Assembly: GCA_030390025.1 (NCBI GenBank)
Contig: JASTWF010000033.1
Location: 5,520,001-5,584,000 of the forward strand
Source of the DNA: Squalus acanthias
Taxonomy: Eukaryota
Direction of reading: 5' to 3'
Length of the DNA stretch: 64,000 nt
Under the pieces are notes generated by a model that was given only the letters and a program-made list of their open reading frames with translations, was not told the DNA's origin and did not search any database. The position numbers and the translations under genes were made by a program. Position 1 is the stretch's first letter. Each line of letters starts with the position of its first letter. Below are positions 1 through 14,270 of the stretch, piece by piece.

Positions 1-478
1 AGGAGTTCTGTTATCGAGTCCTCCGACACGCCAAGTTAAACTGGCCTGTCTCCCTTTAACTATAAATAGGCAGAGAAAGGGGAGTCCCTGTCCCTTTAAA
101 TATCTGCCCCATTCCCCCAGGCAGTGGAAGAAGGAACAGCGCGCGGTCTCTTCATATCCTGACCCTATATTGTATTATCTTGTAATCCTATGTAATGTAA
201 GTTACTGAAATAAACAGCTTTCCAATCACTGCACAGTAAAGAAGGGAGCGACTGTTAATGGGAGCTCTGATAGTGAAGTCCGCCGACACTCCAAGATAAA
301 CGGGTCTGTCCCTTTAACTATAAATAGGCAGAGAAAGGGGAGTCCCTGTCCCTTTAAATATCTGGCCCATTCCCCCAGGCAGTGGGAGGAGGAACAGCGC
401 GCGGTCTCTTTATATCCTGACCCAGCGGGCCCCACCGGATGGGCTGCAAAATGTAGGAACCTGCTCTGTGTCGGGATC
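1..478 (-). promoter_or_regulatory. Duplicated module X (partial copy 1-165, fuller copy 226-478); putative promoter/first exon of ZNF lineage c
   Basis: Reverse complement of 24980-25230, 27120-27340 and 52838-53090. Contains a TATA-like GATATAAAG and two TTAAAGGGACA motifs. The copy at 24980 lies upstream of the degraded ZNF exon at about 25986. Confidence 0.4.
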
Positions 479-550
479 ACTTACATTGAGACAACAAATC
501 CAGGGACCACTTACACTGAGACAACAAATCCAGGGACCACTTAAACTGAG
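478..550. repeat. 30-bp minisatellite (CACTTACACTGAGACACCAAATCCAGGGAC), about 2.5 copies
   Basis: Direct tandem units; same unit at 24495-24980, 52735-52838 and 62283-62640. Confidence 0.85.
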
Positions 551-855
551 TATAAATGGGAATCAGAGAGCCTCAGTATGGGGAATGGTCATGATGGTGA
601 AACCAGCTCTCGTGAGGGCGGGTAATGGACGAAGATATGATGTTGGAATCAGATGGTTACTGCTAGGGCCTGGTGACAGGTTATTGTCAGAAGCCCTTTC
701 AGGCAGGCCGATGATTAGATGTAACCAGCACAACACCTGGATCCACCTTTTCCTGTCCAAAGTCTAATGACCCTGATGTCTTTTTCTGTGGCAAATGCAG
801 AGATGTGAAAGAAGAGAGGAAATCAGGCTTGGGCTAGAAAGAAGGTTCCTTGAAT
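551..855 (+). pseudogene. PHF23: PHF23/PHF13-family C-terminal PHD-finger fragment (degraded, intronless)
   Basis: Translation across frameshifts gives [52 protein letters not shown]. This matches the recalled PHF23/PHF13 PHD pattern (VMDEDIMVESGDDSWDLxTCxCxKPFAGRPMIECxxCxTWIHLSCAK); several Zn ligands are lost. Confidence 0.75.
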
Positions 856-1125
856 GAACAATTCATGAGGCTGTTTTCTGACTCATCTGCATAAGCTTAT
901 AACACCATGAAATGAAAGAGAACATGTCCAGTGACACTGGCGTTGTCAATAGTGGTTTCTATCCCTAATCACCGTCTCATAAGCCTAACATCCTAACCCG
1001 AACCCCGAACGCCAACCCCTAAACCCTAAACAAGGATTATTGACAGGCATCAATGGAGGAGCTAAAGACATGATTAAGGAAGTATTAGAAACAATTATCT
1101 CAATTAAAGAAATAGTGCAAGGTAT

Positions 1126-1495
1126 GTTGATAACAAGAGATTAAATCAAAGAGCGCATCAAAATCAGCAATGACAATTACAAAGATCAGAACATTTCAAA
1201 GGCGATCACATGCAATATATGTGGAGGTGTTTTTACCAAATCGGATCCAAAAAGGGTTAACTGATACAGCAACTAACAGATTTCAAATCTTATGCAAGAT
1301 AGTTCTATAAAAGGGTGGTTGAAAGGAACTTCAGATGAGTGTACAGTGAGACACTCCAGTTCAGTCTATTACACTCACAAGCCATGTACTCAAACAGAAC
1401 CAGCCTGGGGTTTGATGCGGTAGAAGGAAAACTAGGTGAGAAGTGATATAAGTCAGAGGAAGAAAAGGACCCAAAAAATGGAACATTCGGTAACA
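1126..1495 (+). mobile_element. Possible solo-LTR-like element or remnant
   Basis: TATAAAAGGG at about 1306 and a ...CGGTAACA end. The end resembles that of the 57300-58399 / 30634-31740 element. Paralogs near 51433-51800 (-) and 63215-63897. The 5' boundary is uncertain. Confidence 0.3.
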
Positions 1496-1699
1496 GAACA
1501 CCAATTAGTCTCCTCTTATCATGGAGAAATCAAATATTCGACTCACTGTGTTTATACAAAGCTGATTTATTCAATATTTATACATAATATCAATCTCCAG
1601 CCCAGGTATAGGGTTATTAAGATCAGCAGAAACACACTAACTGCTGGAATGAACATTGTTCAGTGCTCAATCTAATCGCAGTAAATTCTGTTCTATTCA

Positions 1700-2110
1700 C
1701 GAATGCGGCCTTTCAATAGCGGGGCTTTTACCCAGCATTCCCCGCGGGGGAGAATGTGCCGCACCCGGACTAAAGGAGCCCAGTGCGCAGGCGCGGGATC
1801 GCCTGGTTTGGGCATGCGCAGTTCGTGTCATCTCAGAAGACGTTGCCTGCGGATCAGCTCCTGATCAAACCGTGAGAAGCGGCCAACGGAGCGGAGTAAT
1901 GGACCGGCAGGTGGGCGGGGAGGCTTCATAAACAATTGGTTCAGGCCGCAAACCCCGAATAATAACCTGAAGGTCCCGCGTTTGCAGCTTCGGGGCTTTT
2001 TCCGGTCACAGGCCCAGGATAACGGCCGCCATCTTGATTCAGTGAGTAGCACAGCGCATGCGCAGTCATCTTGGTGAGGAACAAAGAGTGGGCGGGGCTT
2101 CAGTGTCTGT
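1700..2110 (+). promoter_or_regulatory. CpG-rich promoter of ZNF-a copy 1
   Basis: NRF1-type GCGCATGCGC (about 2054), YY1-type GCCGCCATCTT (about 2025), GC boxes GGGCGGGG (about 1913 and 2090); upstream of the ZNF exon. Confidence 0.6.
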
Positions 2111-2276
2111 TCCCAACCGGGTCCTAGTGCCCGGGAGTGTAAAACATTGACTCAGTTATTTGATTCAGACTCTCCACACTTCGTATTTCTCACCATCTCT
2201 CCTGAAGGCGCTGGTAAAAGCAGAGCAGACGGTTAACATCCCACACAATTGTAACAGAAGAGCCCCAGAGCTGGGC

Positions 2277-2657
2277 CCCCCATGTACAGTCCCAGGGTGA
2301 GAATCCCCATGTACAGTCCCAGGGTTGGAATCCCCATGTACAGTCCCAGGGTTAGAATCCCCATGTACAGTCCCAGGGTTGGAATCCCCATGTACAGTCC
2401 CAGGGTTAGAATCCCCATGTACAGTCCCAGCGTTAGAATCCCCATGTACAGTCCCAGGGTTGGAATCCCCATGTACCGTCCCAGGGTTAGAATACCCATG
2501 TACATTCCCAGGGTTGGAATCCCCATGTACAGTCCCAGGGTTGGAATCCCCATGTACAGTCCCAGGGTTAGAATCCCCATGTACATTCCCAGGGTTGGAA
2601 TCCCCATGTACAGTCCCAGGGTTGGAATCCCCAGGTACAAAACCAGGGTTGGAATCT
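2277..2657. repeat. 27-bp minisatellite A (CCCCATGTACAGTCCCAGGGTTRGAAT), about 14 copies
   Basis: Direct tandem units; source of spurious 9-aa repeat ORFs in several frames. Confidence 0.95.
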
Positions 2658-3031
2658 GTCAAAGTTCTGGTCGAGTTGCAGATGTATAAAGTCACTCCTT
2701 CACTCCTCCCCCTCCCACCTCACTCTCTCTCCTCCCATAGAGGCCAGAGTCTTGTGTTGGCCCAGACCGGTTGGCAGGTTCCCTTCCCTGAAGAACATTA
2801 GTGAACCAGTTGAGTTTTTACGTCAATCCGGCAGCTTTCATGGTCACTTTTTTCTAGTGCCAGCCCCACAAATTCCCAGATATATTCAGCTCAATTTCAC
2901 AACCTGCCTTTGTGTTTTTGTGGGTTCTCTCTCACCCTCCTTTTTTCCTGTTTTAAATTCATTTTACAGGCTGTACGAAGGGGAGGATTTGCAGACGGGA
3001 AACTCAAACCAAACATCACTTGAAGATCTGA

Positions 3032-4033
<1,002 letters not shown>

Positions 4034-4518
4034 AACGGCAGGGTTAAGTTTCCAGTCTAAAAATGATTGGTAATTATTCTATGAAGGTTTAACGTGTTGG
4101 TAGAATCATAGAATGGTTACAGCAGAGAAGGTGGCCATTTGGCCCGTCGAGACCGTGCCGGCTCTCTGCAAGAACACTTCAGCTGGTCCCACTCCCCCAC
4201 CCTTCCCTCGTAGTCCTGCAAATTTTTGTCCTTCAGGTACTCATCCAATTCCCTTTTGAAAGTCACGATTGAATCTGCCTCCACCACCCTTTCAGGCAGT
4301 GCATTCCCGATCCTAACCACTCACTGCGTAAAAAGTTTTTCCCCATGTCACCTTTGGTTCTTCTGCCAATCACCTTAAATCTGTGTCCTCTGGTTCTCGA
4401 CCCTTCCGCCAATGGGAACAGTTTCTCTCTATCTACTCTGTCCAGACCCCTCGTGATTCTGAACTCCTCCATCAAATCTCCTCTCTACCTTCTCTGCTCC
4501 AAGGAGAACAATCCTAGC

Positions 4519-5369
4519 ATAGAATCATAGATATTCACAGCACAGAAGGAGGCCATTCGGCCCATCTTGTCCGTGCCGGCCGACAAAGAGCTCTCCCCCC
4601 TAATCCCTCTTTCCAGCACTTGGTCCGTAGCCCTGTAGGTTACGGCACTTCAAGTGCATATCCAAGTAGTTTTTAAATGTGATGAGGGTCTCTGCCTCTA
4701 CCATCCTTTCAGGCAGTGAGTTCCAGACCCCCACCTCCCTCTGGGTGAAAAAAATTCTCCTCAAATCCCCTCTAAACCTCCTACCAATTATTTTAAATCT
4801 TTGTCCCCTGGTTATTGATCCTTCTGCTAAGGGAAATAGGTCCTTCCTATCCACTCTTTCTAGGCCCCTCATAATTTTATACACCTCAATTAGGTGTCCC
4901 CTCAGCCTCTTCTGTTCCAAAGAAAACAACCCCAGCCTTGCTAATCTTTCCTCTTAGCTAAAATTCCCAAGCCCAGGCAACATCCTCGTAAATCTCCTCT
5001 GCACCCACTCTAGTGCAATCACATGCTTCCTGTAATGTGGTGACCAGCACTGCACACAGTATTCTAGCTGTGGCCTAACTAGTGTTTTATACAGTTTAAG
5101 CATAACCTCCCTGCTCTTGTATTCTATGCCTCGGCTAATAAAGGCAAGTATCCCGCATGCCTTCTTAACCACCTTACCTACCTGTCCTGCTAGCTTCAGG
5201 GATCTGTGGACATGCACTCCAAGGTCCCTCTGATCCTCTGCACTTCTCAATGTCCGACCATTTATTGTGTATCCCCTTGCCTTGTTAGCCCTCCCCAAAT
5301 GCATTAACTCACACTTCTCCGGATTGAATTCCATTCCACCTGACCAGTCCATTGATATCTTCCTGCAGA
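4519..5369 (-). mobile_element. 5'-truncated CR1 nested in the host CR1
   Basis: RT C-terminus (LYKTLVRPQLEYC), tail ending in a CTATG-type repeat, flanked by CTAGC at 4514-4518 and 5370-5374. Confidence 0.85.
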
Positions 5370-7180
5370 CTAGCTTCTCCAGTCTATCCACGTAACTGAA
5401 GTCCCTCATCCCTGGAATCATTCTTGTCAATCTTTTCTGAACCCTCTCTAAACCTTCACATCCTTCCTAAAGTGCGGTGCCCAGAATTGGACACGATATT
5501 GCAGTTGTGGCCGAACCAGTGTTTTATAAAGGTTCATCATAACTTCCTTGCTTTTGTACTCTATGCCTCTACTTATAAAGCCCAGGATCCCGTCAGCTTT
5601 TTTAACCGCTTTCTCAACCTGCCCTGCCACCGTCAACGATTTGTGCACATAAACCCCCAGGTCTCTCTGCTCATGCACCCCCTTTAGGATTCTACCCTTT
5701 AGTTTATATTGCCTCTCCTCGTTCTTCCTACCAAAATGTATCACTTCGCAATTTCATCTGCCACGTGTCCGCCCATTCCACCAGCCTGTCTCTGTCCTCT
5801 TGAATTCTATCACTCTCCTCACTGTTCACTATACTTCCAAGTTTTGTGTCATCTGCAAATGTTGAAACTGTGCCCTGTACACCCATGTCCAAGTCATTAA
5901 TATATATCAAGAAAAGCAGTGGTCCTAGAACTGACCCCTGGGGAACACCACTGTATACCTTCCTCCAGTCCGAAAAACAACCGTTCACCACGACACTCTG
6001 TTTCCTGTCACTTAGCGAATTTCGTATCCATGCTGCCACTGTTCCTTTTATTCCATGGGCTTCAACTTTGCTGGCTAGCCTATTATGTGGCACTTTATCA
6101 AACGCCTTTTGGAAGTCCATGTACACCACGTCAACCACATTACCCTCATCAACTGTTTCTGTTACCTCATCAAACAACTCAATCAAGTTAGTTAAACACG
6201 ATTTGCCTTTGACAAATCCGTGCTGGCGTTCCTTAATTAAACCACACTTGTCCAAGTGACTGTTAATTTTGTCCCGGATTATCGTTTCTTAAAGATTCCC
6301 CACCATCGAGGTTAAACTGTCTGGCCTGTAGTTGCTGGGTTTATCCTTACACCCTTTTTTGAACAAGGATGTAATATTTGCAATTCTCCAGTCCTGTGGC
6401 ACCACCCCCGTATCCAAGGAGGATTGGAAGATTGTGGCCAGTACCTCTGCAATTTTCACCCTTGCCTTCTTCAGCATCCTGGGATGCATCCCATCCGGTC
6501 CTGGTGACTTATCTACTTTAAGTACAGCCAGCCTTTCTAGTACCTGCTCTTTATCAATTTTTCTCCCAGCCAGTATCTCAACTACCTCCTCTTTCACTGA
6601 CTTTGGCAGCATCTTCCTTGATAAAGACAGATGTAAAGTACTCATTTAGTACCTCAGCCATGTCATCTGCCTCAATGCATAGGTCTCCTTTTGGTCCCTA
6701 ATCGGCCCCACCCCTCCTCTTACTACTCGTTTATTATTTCTATGCTATAGAAGACTTTTAGATTGCTTTTTATGTTGACTGCCAGTCCATTCTCATACTC
6801 TCTCTGCTCCTCTTATTTCCTTTTTCACTTCCCCTCTGAACATTCTATATTCAGCCTGGTTCTTGCTTGTATTCTCAATCTGACATCTGTCATAATCCCC
6901 CTTTTTCTGCTTCATCTTACTCCCTATCTCTTTCATCATCCAGGGAGCTGTGTCTTTGATTGCCCTACCTTTCCCCCTGGTGGGAATGTACATTGACTGG
7001 ACCCGAACCATCTCTTTAAAGGCAGCCCATTGTTCCAGGACAGTTTGGCCTGCCAATCTTTGATTCCAATTTACCCGGGCCAGATCCCTTCTCCACCCAC
7101 TGAAACTGGCCCTCCTCCAATTCAGGATTTTTACTCCAGATTGCTCCTTGTGCTTTTCCATAGCTAATCTAAACCTTACG

Positions 7181-9724
7181 GCATTAAAAGGGAAATTAGA
7201 GAAGCATGCAGTAAGGGCACAGCAGTCATCATGGGTGACTTTAATTTACATATAGATTGGGCTAACCAAATTAGTAAAAATACTGTGGAGGAGGAATTCC
7301 TAGAATGTTTACGAGATGGTTTTCTGGAACAATATGTCGAGGAACCAACCAGAGATCAGGCCATCTTAGACTGGGTATTATGCAACGAGAAAGGATTAAT
7401 TAGCAATTTTGTTCTACGAGGCCCCTTGGGTCAGAGTGATCATAATATGATAGAATTCTTCATTAGGATGGAGAGTGAAGTAGTTGAATCAGAGACTAGG
7501 GTCCTGAATTTAAATAAAGGAAACTACGATGGTATGAGGCGCGAATTGGGTAGGATTGATTGGGGAATGTCACTCAAGGGGTTGATGGTGGATAGGCAAT
7601 GGCAAACATTCAAAGACTGCATGGATGAACTACAGAATTTGTACATCTCAGTGTGGCATAAGAATAAAACAAAAAGGATGACTCAACCGTGGCTAACAAG
7701 GGAAATTAGGGATAGCATAAGATCCAAGGAGAGGGCATATAAATTGGCCAGAAAAAGCGGTAGCCCTGAGGATTGGGAGCAGTTTAGGATTCAACAAAGG
7801 AGGACAAAGGGATTAATTAAGAAGGGGAAAATAGAATATGAAAGTAAGCTTGCTGGGAACATAAAAACTGACTACGAGCTTTTATAGATATGTGAAGAGA
7901 AAAAGATTAGTGAAATCAAGTGTAGGTCCCTTGCAGTCAGAAGCGGGGGAAGTTATAATGGGGAACAAAGAAATGGCAGCCCAATTGAATGCATATTTTG
8001 GTTCTGTCTTCACAAAGGAGGACACAAATAACCTCCCAGAGATGTTGGAGAACATACGGTCTGATGAAAGGGAGGAACTGAAAGAAATCAGTATTTGCAG
8101 GGAAATGGTGTTAGGGAAATTGATGGTATTGAAGGCCGATAAATCCCCAGGGCCTGATAATCTACATCCTAGGGTACTTAAGGAAGTGGCCCTAGAAATA
8201 GTAGATGCATTGCTGATCATCTTCCAACATTCGATGGAATCTGGAACTGTACCCATGGATTGGAGGGTAGCTAATGTTACCCCACTATTCAAAAAGGGTG
8301 GTAGAGAGAAAGCGGGGAATTACAGACCGGTAAGCCTGACATCGGTAGTGGGGAAAATGCTAGAGTCCATTATAAAGGATGTAATAGCTGAGCATTTGAA
8401 AAACAGTGACAGGATCGGACAAAGTCAACATGGATTTACAAAAGGTAAATCGTGCTTGACTAATCTACTGGAATTTTTTGAGGATGTAACTGGGAAAATA
8501 GATAAGGGAGAACCAGTAGATGTGGTGTATTTGGACTTTCAAAAGGCTTTCGATAAGGTCCCGCATAAGAGATTAGCGGGTAAAGTTAAGGCACATGGGA
8601 TTGGGGGCAAGGTATTGACTTGGATAGAGAACTGTTTGGCGGACAGAAAGCAGAGATTAGGAATTAATGGGTCTTTTTCCGAGTGGCAAGCAGTGACTAG
8701 TGGGGTACTGCAGGGATCGGTCCTTGGACCCCAGCTATTCACAATATACATTAATGATCTAGATAAGGGAATTAAGTGTAATATCTCCAAGTTTGCAGAT
8801 GACACAAAGCTGGGTGGGAGTGTGTGCAGCGAGGAGGATAGCGAGAAACTCCAGGATGATCTGGACAGGTTGGGTGAGTGGGCAGAAGCGTGGCAGATGC
8901 AATATAACGTGGATAAGTGCGAGGTTATCCAATTTGGTGTCAAAAACAGAAAGGCAGACTATTATCTGAATGGCAATAGATTGGGAGAAGGGGAAGTGCA
9001 ACGAGACCTGGGTGTCCTTGTGCACCAGTCGCTGAAAGTAAGCATGCAGGTGCAGCAGGCGGTGAAGAAAGCAAATGGTATGTTGGCCTTCATAGCGAAA
9101 GGGTTTGAGTATAGGAACAGGGATGTCCTGCTGCAGTTGTACAGGGCCTTGGTGAGACCACACCTTGAGTACTGTGTGCAGTTTTGGTCGCCTTATCTGA
9201 GGAAGGATGTTCTTGCCATGGAAGGAGTTCAGCGAAGATTCACAAGACTGATACCTGGGATGGCAGGAATGACATATGAGGAGAGATTGGGTCGATTGAG
9301 CTTATACTCACTGGAGTATAGAAGAATGAGAGGGGATCTCATCGAAACATATAAAATTCTGACAGGTCTGGACAAACTAGATGCAGGAAGAATGTTCCCG
9401 ATGGTCGGAGAGTCCAGAACCAGGGGTCATAATCTACGGATAACGGGTAAACCATTTAGGACAGAAATGAGGAAGAATTTCTTCACCCAGAGAGTGGTGA
9501 ACCTGTGGAATTCTCTACCACAGAAGGTAGTTGAGGCGAAGTCATTAAATATATTCAAGGATGTGTTAGATATATTTCTGAAAGCTAAAGGTATCAAGGG
9601 ATATGGGGAGAAGGCAGGTACAGGGTACTGAGTTTAGATGATCAGCCATGATCTCATCGAATGGCGGAGCAGGCTCGAGGGGCCGAATGGCCTACTCCTG
9701 CTCCTATCTTCTATGTTTCTATGT
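7181..9724 (+). mobile_element. Young 5'-truncated CR1 LINE with nearly intact ORF2
   Basis: ORFs 7231-7887 (GDFN, LDWVL, SDH endonuclease motifs) and 7892-9631 (RT: QHGF, FADD) are separated by one frameshift; 3' tail ...CCTATCTTCTATGTTTCTATG. Confidence 0.95.
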
Positions 9725-10139
9725 TATGATACTCTGATCACTGTTCCCTAAATGTTCCCCTCCTGACACTTGCTCCACTTGACCCACCTCATTCTCCAGA
9801 ACCAGATCCAGCAATGCCTTGTTCCTCATTGGGCCGGAAACGTACTGATCAAGAAAGTTCTCCTGAACACACGTCAGAAATTCTTCCCCCTCTCTGCCCT
9901 TTACACTATTACTATCCCAGTCTATATTAGGATAGTTGAAGTCCCCCATTATTACTACTCTATAGTTCTTGCACCTCTCTGTAATTTCCCTGCCAATTTG
10001 CTACTCTATATCCTTCCCACTAGTTGGTGGCCTGTAGAATACACCCAGTAGTGTAATGGCACCTCTATTGTTTCTTAACTCTAGCCATATAGATTCTGTC
10101 CTTGACCCCTCCAGGACAGCCTCTCTCTTATACCTTATA

Positions 10140-11433
10140 GAATCATAGTCATAACGGCACAGAATGAGGCCATTTGGCCCATCAAGTCCGTGCCAGCTGT
10201 CTGTAGAGCAATCCAGTCAGTCCCATTCCCCCGCTCTATCCCCGTAACCCTGAAAGTTTATTTCCCTCAAGTGCCAATCCAGTTTCCCCTTGAAAACATT
10301 GAGTGTCTCCGCTTCCACCACTTCCGTCGGCAGTGAGTTCCAGGTCCTCAGTACTCGCTGCGTAAAAAAGTTTTCCCTCACATCCCCCTGTATCTCTTGC
10401 CCATAACCTTAAATCTGTGTCCCCTAGTCCTTCTACCTTCTCAACTAGTGGGAACAGCCTTTCCCCGTCTAGCCTATCCAAACCCGTCATAATCTTGTAC
10501 ACCTCTATCAAATCACACCTCAACCTCCTTTGCTCTAATGAAAACAAATCCAGCTTCTCCAACCTGTCCTTGTAGCTAAGATCCCCCATCCCCGGAACCA
10601 TTCTGGTAAATCTCCTCTGCACCCTCTCAAGGGCCTTCACATCCTTCCTAAAGAGTGGTGACCAGAACTGGACACAATACTTCAGTTGTGGCCTAACCAG
10701 CACTTTATAAAGGTTCAGCATAACTTCTCTACTTTTGTACTCAATACCTCTATTTATGAAGCCCAAGATCTCATATGTCCTGCCACCTTCAGGGACCTAT
10801 GCACATTAACTCCCAGGTCCCTCTGTCCCTGCACACTCTTTAAAACTGTGCCATTCAGTGTATATTGCCTCTCCCTGTTCCTTCTGCCAAAATACATCAC
10901 CTCACACTTCTCTGTATTAAATTCCATCTGCCACTTGTCTGCCCATTCTGCTAGCCTTTCTATGTCCTGTTGCAGTCGATTGGTATCATCCTCACATTGT
11001 CACACCCCCAAGTTTGGTGTAATCGACAAATTTAGAAATTCTACTCTGTATTCCAATATCCAGGTCATTTATATTTGTCAAAAAAAGCAGTGGCCCCAGC
11101 ACTGACCCTTGGGGAACACCACTGTCCACCATCCTCCAGTCTGAAAAACAGCCATTTACCACAACTCGCTGTTTTCTGTCCTTAATCCAATTCCTTATCC
11201 AAGCTGCCACTGACCCACCTATTCCATGAGCCTCAATTTTGTTTACCAGCCTTCTATGTGGTACTTTGTCAAACGCCTTCCTAAAATCCATGTGGACAAC
11301 ATCCATTGCATTCCCTTCATCAATCCTCCTTGTAACTTCATCTAAAAATTCAATTAGATTAGTCAAACACGATCTGCCTTTTACAAATCCGTGTTGGCTC
11401 TCCTTAATTAGCTTAAACCTCTCCAAGTGCCCA
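10140..11433 (-). mobile_element. 5'-truncated CR1 nested in the host CR1
   Basis: RT motifs ([14 protein letters not shown]); flanked by TTATA at 10135-10139 and 11434-11438; the host sequence rejoins across it. Confidence 0.85.
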
Positions 11434-12818
11434 TTATATCCAGGATTATTTAGGACCCAATCCTGCCCTTTTTTGAGCCAGGTCTCCGTTATCGCCACAA
11501 CACCATATTTCCATGTGGCTATCTGCGCCTGCAGCTCACCAACCTTATTTACCACGCTTCGTGCGTTTACACACATGCACTGTAAACCTATCTTAGACCT
11601 TCTTGTATTCTCTCTTAGTCTGATCCCATCTATTACCTTACTCTGTCTTACTATAATGCTCTCTGTCTCTCCCAATCCTTTCTTTCTCCTTTCTGATGCT
11701 ACATCCTGGTGCCTATCCCCCTGCCAAATTAATTTAAACCCTCCCCAACAGCACTAACTTCCCGACTCTCCAGCCAGGGGGCAAAAACCTCTCAATCTCC
11801 CCTCAGAATCTAATGTTTCAATGAGATCACCTCTCATTCTTCTAAATTCCAGAGAGTATAGGCCCAATCTACTCAATCTCTCCTCATAGGACAAGCCTCT
11901 CATCCCAGGGATCAATCTAGTGAACCTTCATTGCACCGCCTCTAAGGCATGTATGTCCTTCCTCAGATAAGGAGACAAAAGCTCCAGGTGTGGTCTCACC
12001 AAGGCCCTGTACAATTGCAGCAAGACTTCCTCACTCTTGTACTCCAACCCCTTGCAATAAAGGCCAACATGCCATTTGCCTTCCTAATTGCTTGCTGTAG
12101 CTTCATGCTATCTTTATGTGTTTCCTGTACGAGGACACCTAAATCTCTCTGATCTCCAACATTTAATAGTTTCTCACCGTATAAAAAATATTCTGTTTTT
12201 CTATAGTTCCGACCAAAGTGAATAACCTCACGTTTCCCCACATTATACTGCATCTGCCACCTTATTGCCCACTCACTTATCCTGTCTATATCCCTTCGCA
12301 GACTCTTTGGGGTAAAAATTCACTTGGTTGCGCCTCCCGTTAGCGCCTTAAGAGGGCGCTAATGGGGCGTTAAGCCGCTAACGCCCGGGCGCAGTGCTGT
12401 TTGTGCCGCTCGAGAACTTAACTTGAGATTGTGCGGCGGCGCTAAAACTTACCGCTGCGACCACCTGCGCGCGCAGATTGTGACGTCATTCCATGGTGCA
12501 ACGCCCTTGGGGCGCCCCGGAGCGGAAATTGAGTGGCGCCCCCTGCCTTACCGCCTGGCGCTTCCAACGACCGGAAGACTGGAACGTTATCAATCGGTGT
12601 GGGGCTGGGGGGGGCGCTATTTAAAGGGGGCCTCTTCCTGTCTTTTTCTGTGGTCGACATTTATGCACCACTCGTTCTGAGAGAGAGAGAGATTCGGAGA
12701 GAGAGAGAGAGAGACTTCTACATTGACTCAACGCTTTGTGAGGTAGTTTGGCCTAGTTCATCCTAACTTTGTTGCTACTTCAGTTGCTGTACCTCATTAC
12801 TTTTCTGGCAAAGAGAAT

Positions 12819-13976
12819 ATGGGGGCTGCAATGATTGGGGGCATCGTCCTGCTCCAGCTGAATCGGAGGATACTGAGACGCAGACAGAGAGTGGCAATGA
12901 TGGCCAGACGGAGGAGGGCCATCAGGCGCATGTACAGGAGAGCTTACCCTCCCAGGGTATATCGTGAACAGCTCTCCTACATCCATATGTCCGAGGAGCT
13001 GTGTTTGCGAAGGCTGCGATTCAGCAAGGAGGTGGTCACTGAGCTCTGCCACCTGCTGCAGCCAGATCTGCAGCCTCAGCTGAGGTCCAGGACGTCTCTG
13101 TCGGTGGCAGTGAAGGTCACAGTGGCTTTGAACTTCTACGCCACTGGCTCATTCCAAGCTGCTGTTGGGGACCTCGCCAATATCTCCCAGTTTGCGGTGC
13201 ATCGCTGCATCCGGCAGGTCACCAATGCCCTCTTCAGAAGGAGACGAGACTTCATCTCTTTCCCTATGACCCCAGACAAGCAGCGTGACCGTGCTCTGGG
13301 CTTTGCGAGGGTAGCGGGCTTCCCCATGGTGCAGGGCGCCATTGACTGCACGCATGTGGCTTTGCGTGCTCCATGAGAGAATGCAGAGGAATTCAGGAAC
13401 AGAAAGGGGTTCCATTCCTTGAATGTGCAGTTGGTCTGTGACCACAGACAGGTGATACTCGCTGTCAATGCCCACTATCCGGGCAGCTGCCACGATGCTT
13501 TCATCCTGCGCCAGACTACTGTGGCAGAGGTTTTCGAGGCACCGCATCAGCCAGTTGGTTGGCTTCTGGGGGACAAGGGGTAGGCATTGAGCACCTGGCT
13601 GATGACACCGCTCCGTACGCCAAACACCCGTGCTGAGCTGCGGTACAATGAAAGCCATCAAGCAACCAGGAACATTATTGAGCGCACAATCGGCGTGCTG
13701 AAACAACGGTTCCGCTGTCTGGACCATTCCGGAGGAGCCCTGCAGTACTCGCCTGAGCAAGTTTCGAACTTCGTAGTCGTGTGCTGCATGTTGCACAACA
13801 TGGCAATCCTCAGGACCCAGCCAATGCCACCAGGCCTTGTAGCACCACCAGAGGAGGAGGAAGAGGAGGAAGAGGACGAGGACGATGATCATCAGCAGCA
13901 CCAAGGCAGGAGGGCGGCCCACAATGGTCAAACTGCAAGGGCCGTCCGTCAACGACTAATAGCAAGCCGCTTCTAG
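12819..13976 (+). pseudogene. Harbinger (HARBI1-like) DDE transposase, about 385 codons, two in-frame stops
   Basis: [60 protein letters not shown] in one frame; TGA at 13374-13376 and TAG at 13581-13583. Confidence 0.93.
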
Positions 13977-14270
13977 GGCCCCTGCCATTGCTACAAACAC
14001 TAATCAACCCAGCACGCAACCCCTAAGCCGGCCAAGGCACCAATAATTCCAACCACCAGCCATGTATATTTTGAATACAGAAACTTATTTATTTTACAAA
14101 CTCTGTGTGTGTCAATTCCTCATGACAAACTCATAGAAATAAACACAAAAAAACAGTCAATAACATAACTGGTTCTCACAACCTGGAGATAATGTCCAAA
14201 ACACTAAACAAAAGTTGGACCATGAACCTCGGCCTTTAATAAAAAAATGACCAGCATTTTGGCACACCTC

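Larger units (their letters stand above)
4100..11760 (-). mobile_element. Host CR1 LINE (degraded ORF2: APE endonuclease plus RT), split by three nested CR1 insertions
   Basis: Pieces 4100-4518, 5370-7180, 9724-10139 and 11434-11760 are collinear. Motifs NARS..ITETW, GDFN, SDH-like, [24 protein letters not shown]. Confidence 0.85.

Noticed and set aside
984..1030. Telomere or telomerase-template-like CTAACCC sequence
   Set aside because: Only a few degenerate units, variable among the three paralogs; no telomerase RNA structure recognisable
10992..11675. 227-aa endonuclease-RT fusion ORF
   Set aside because: Chance in-frame junction between a nested CR1 and its host at the TTATA duplication
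12819..13976. Domesticated host HARBI1 gene
   Set aside because: Lies between TIRs with a TSD inside a LINE and carries nonsense codons, so it is a transposon copy
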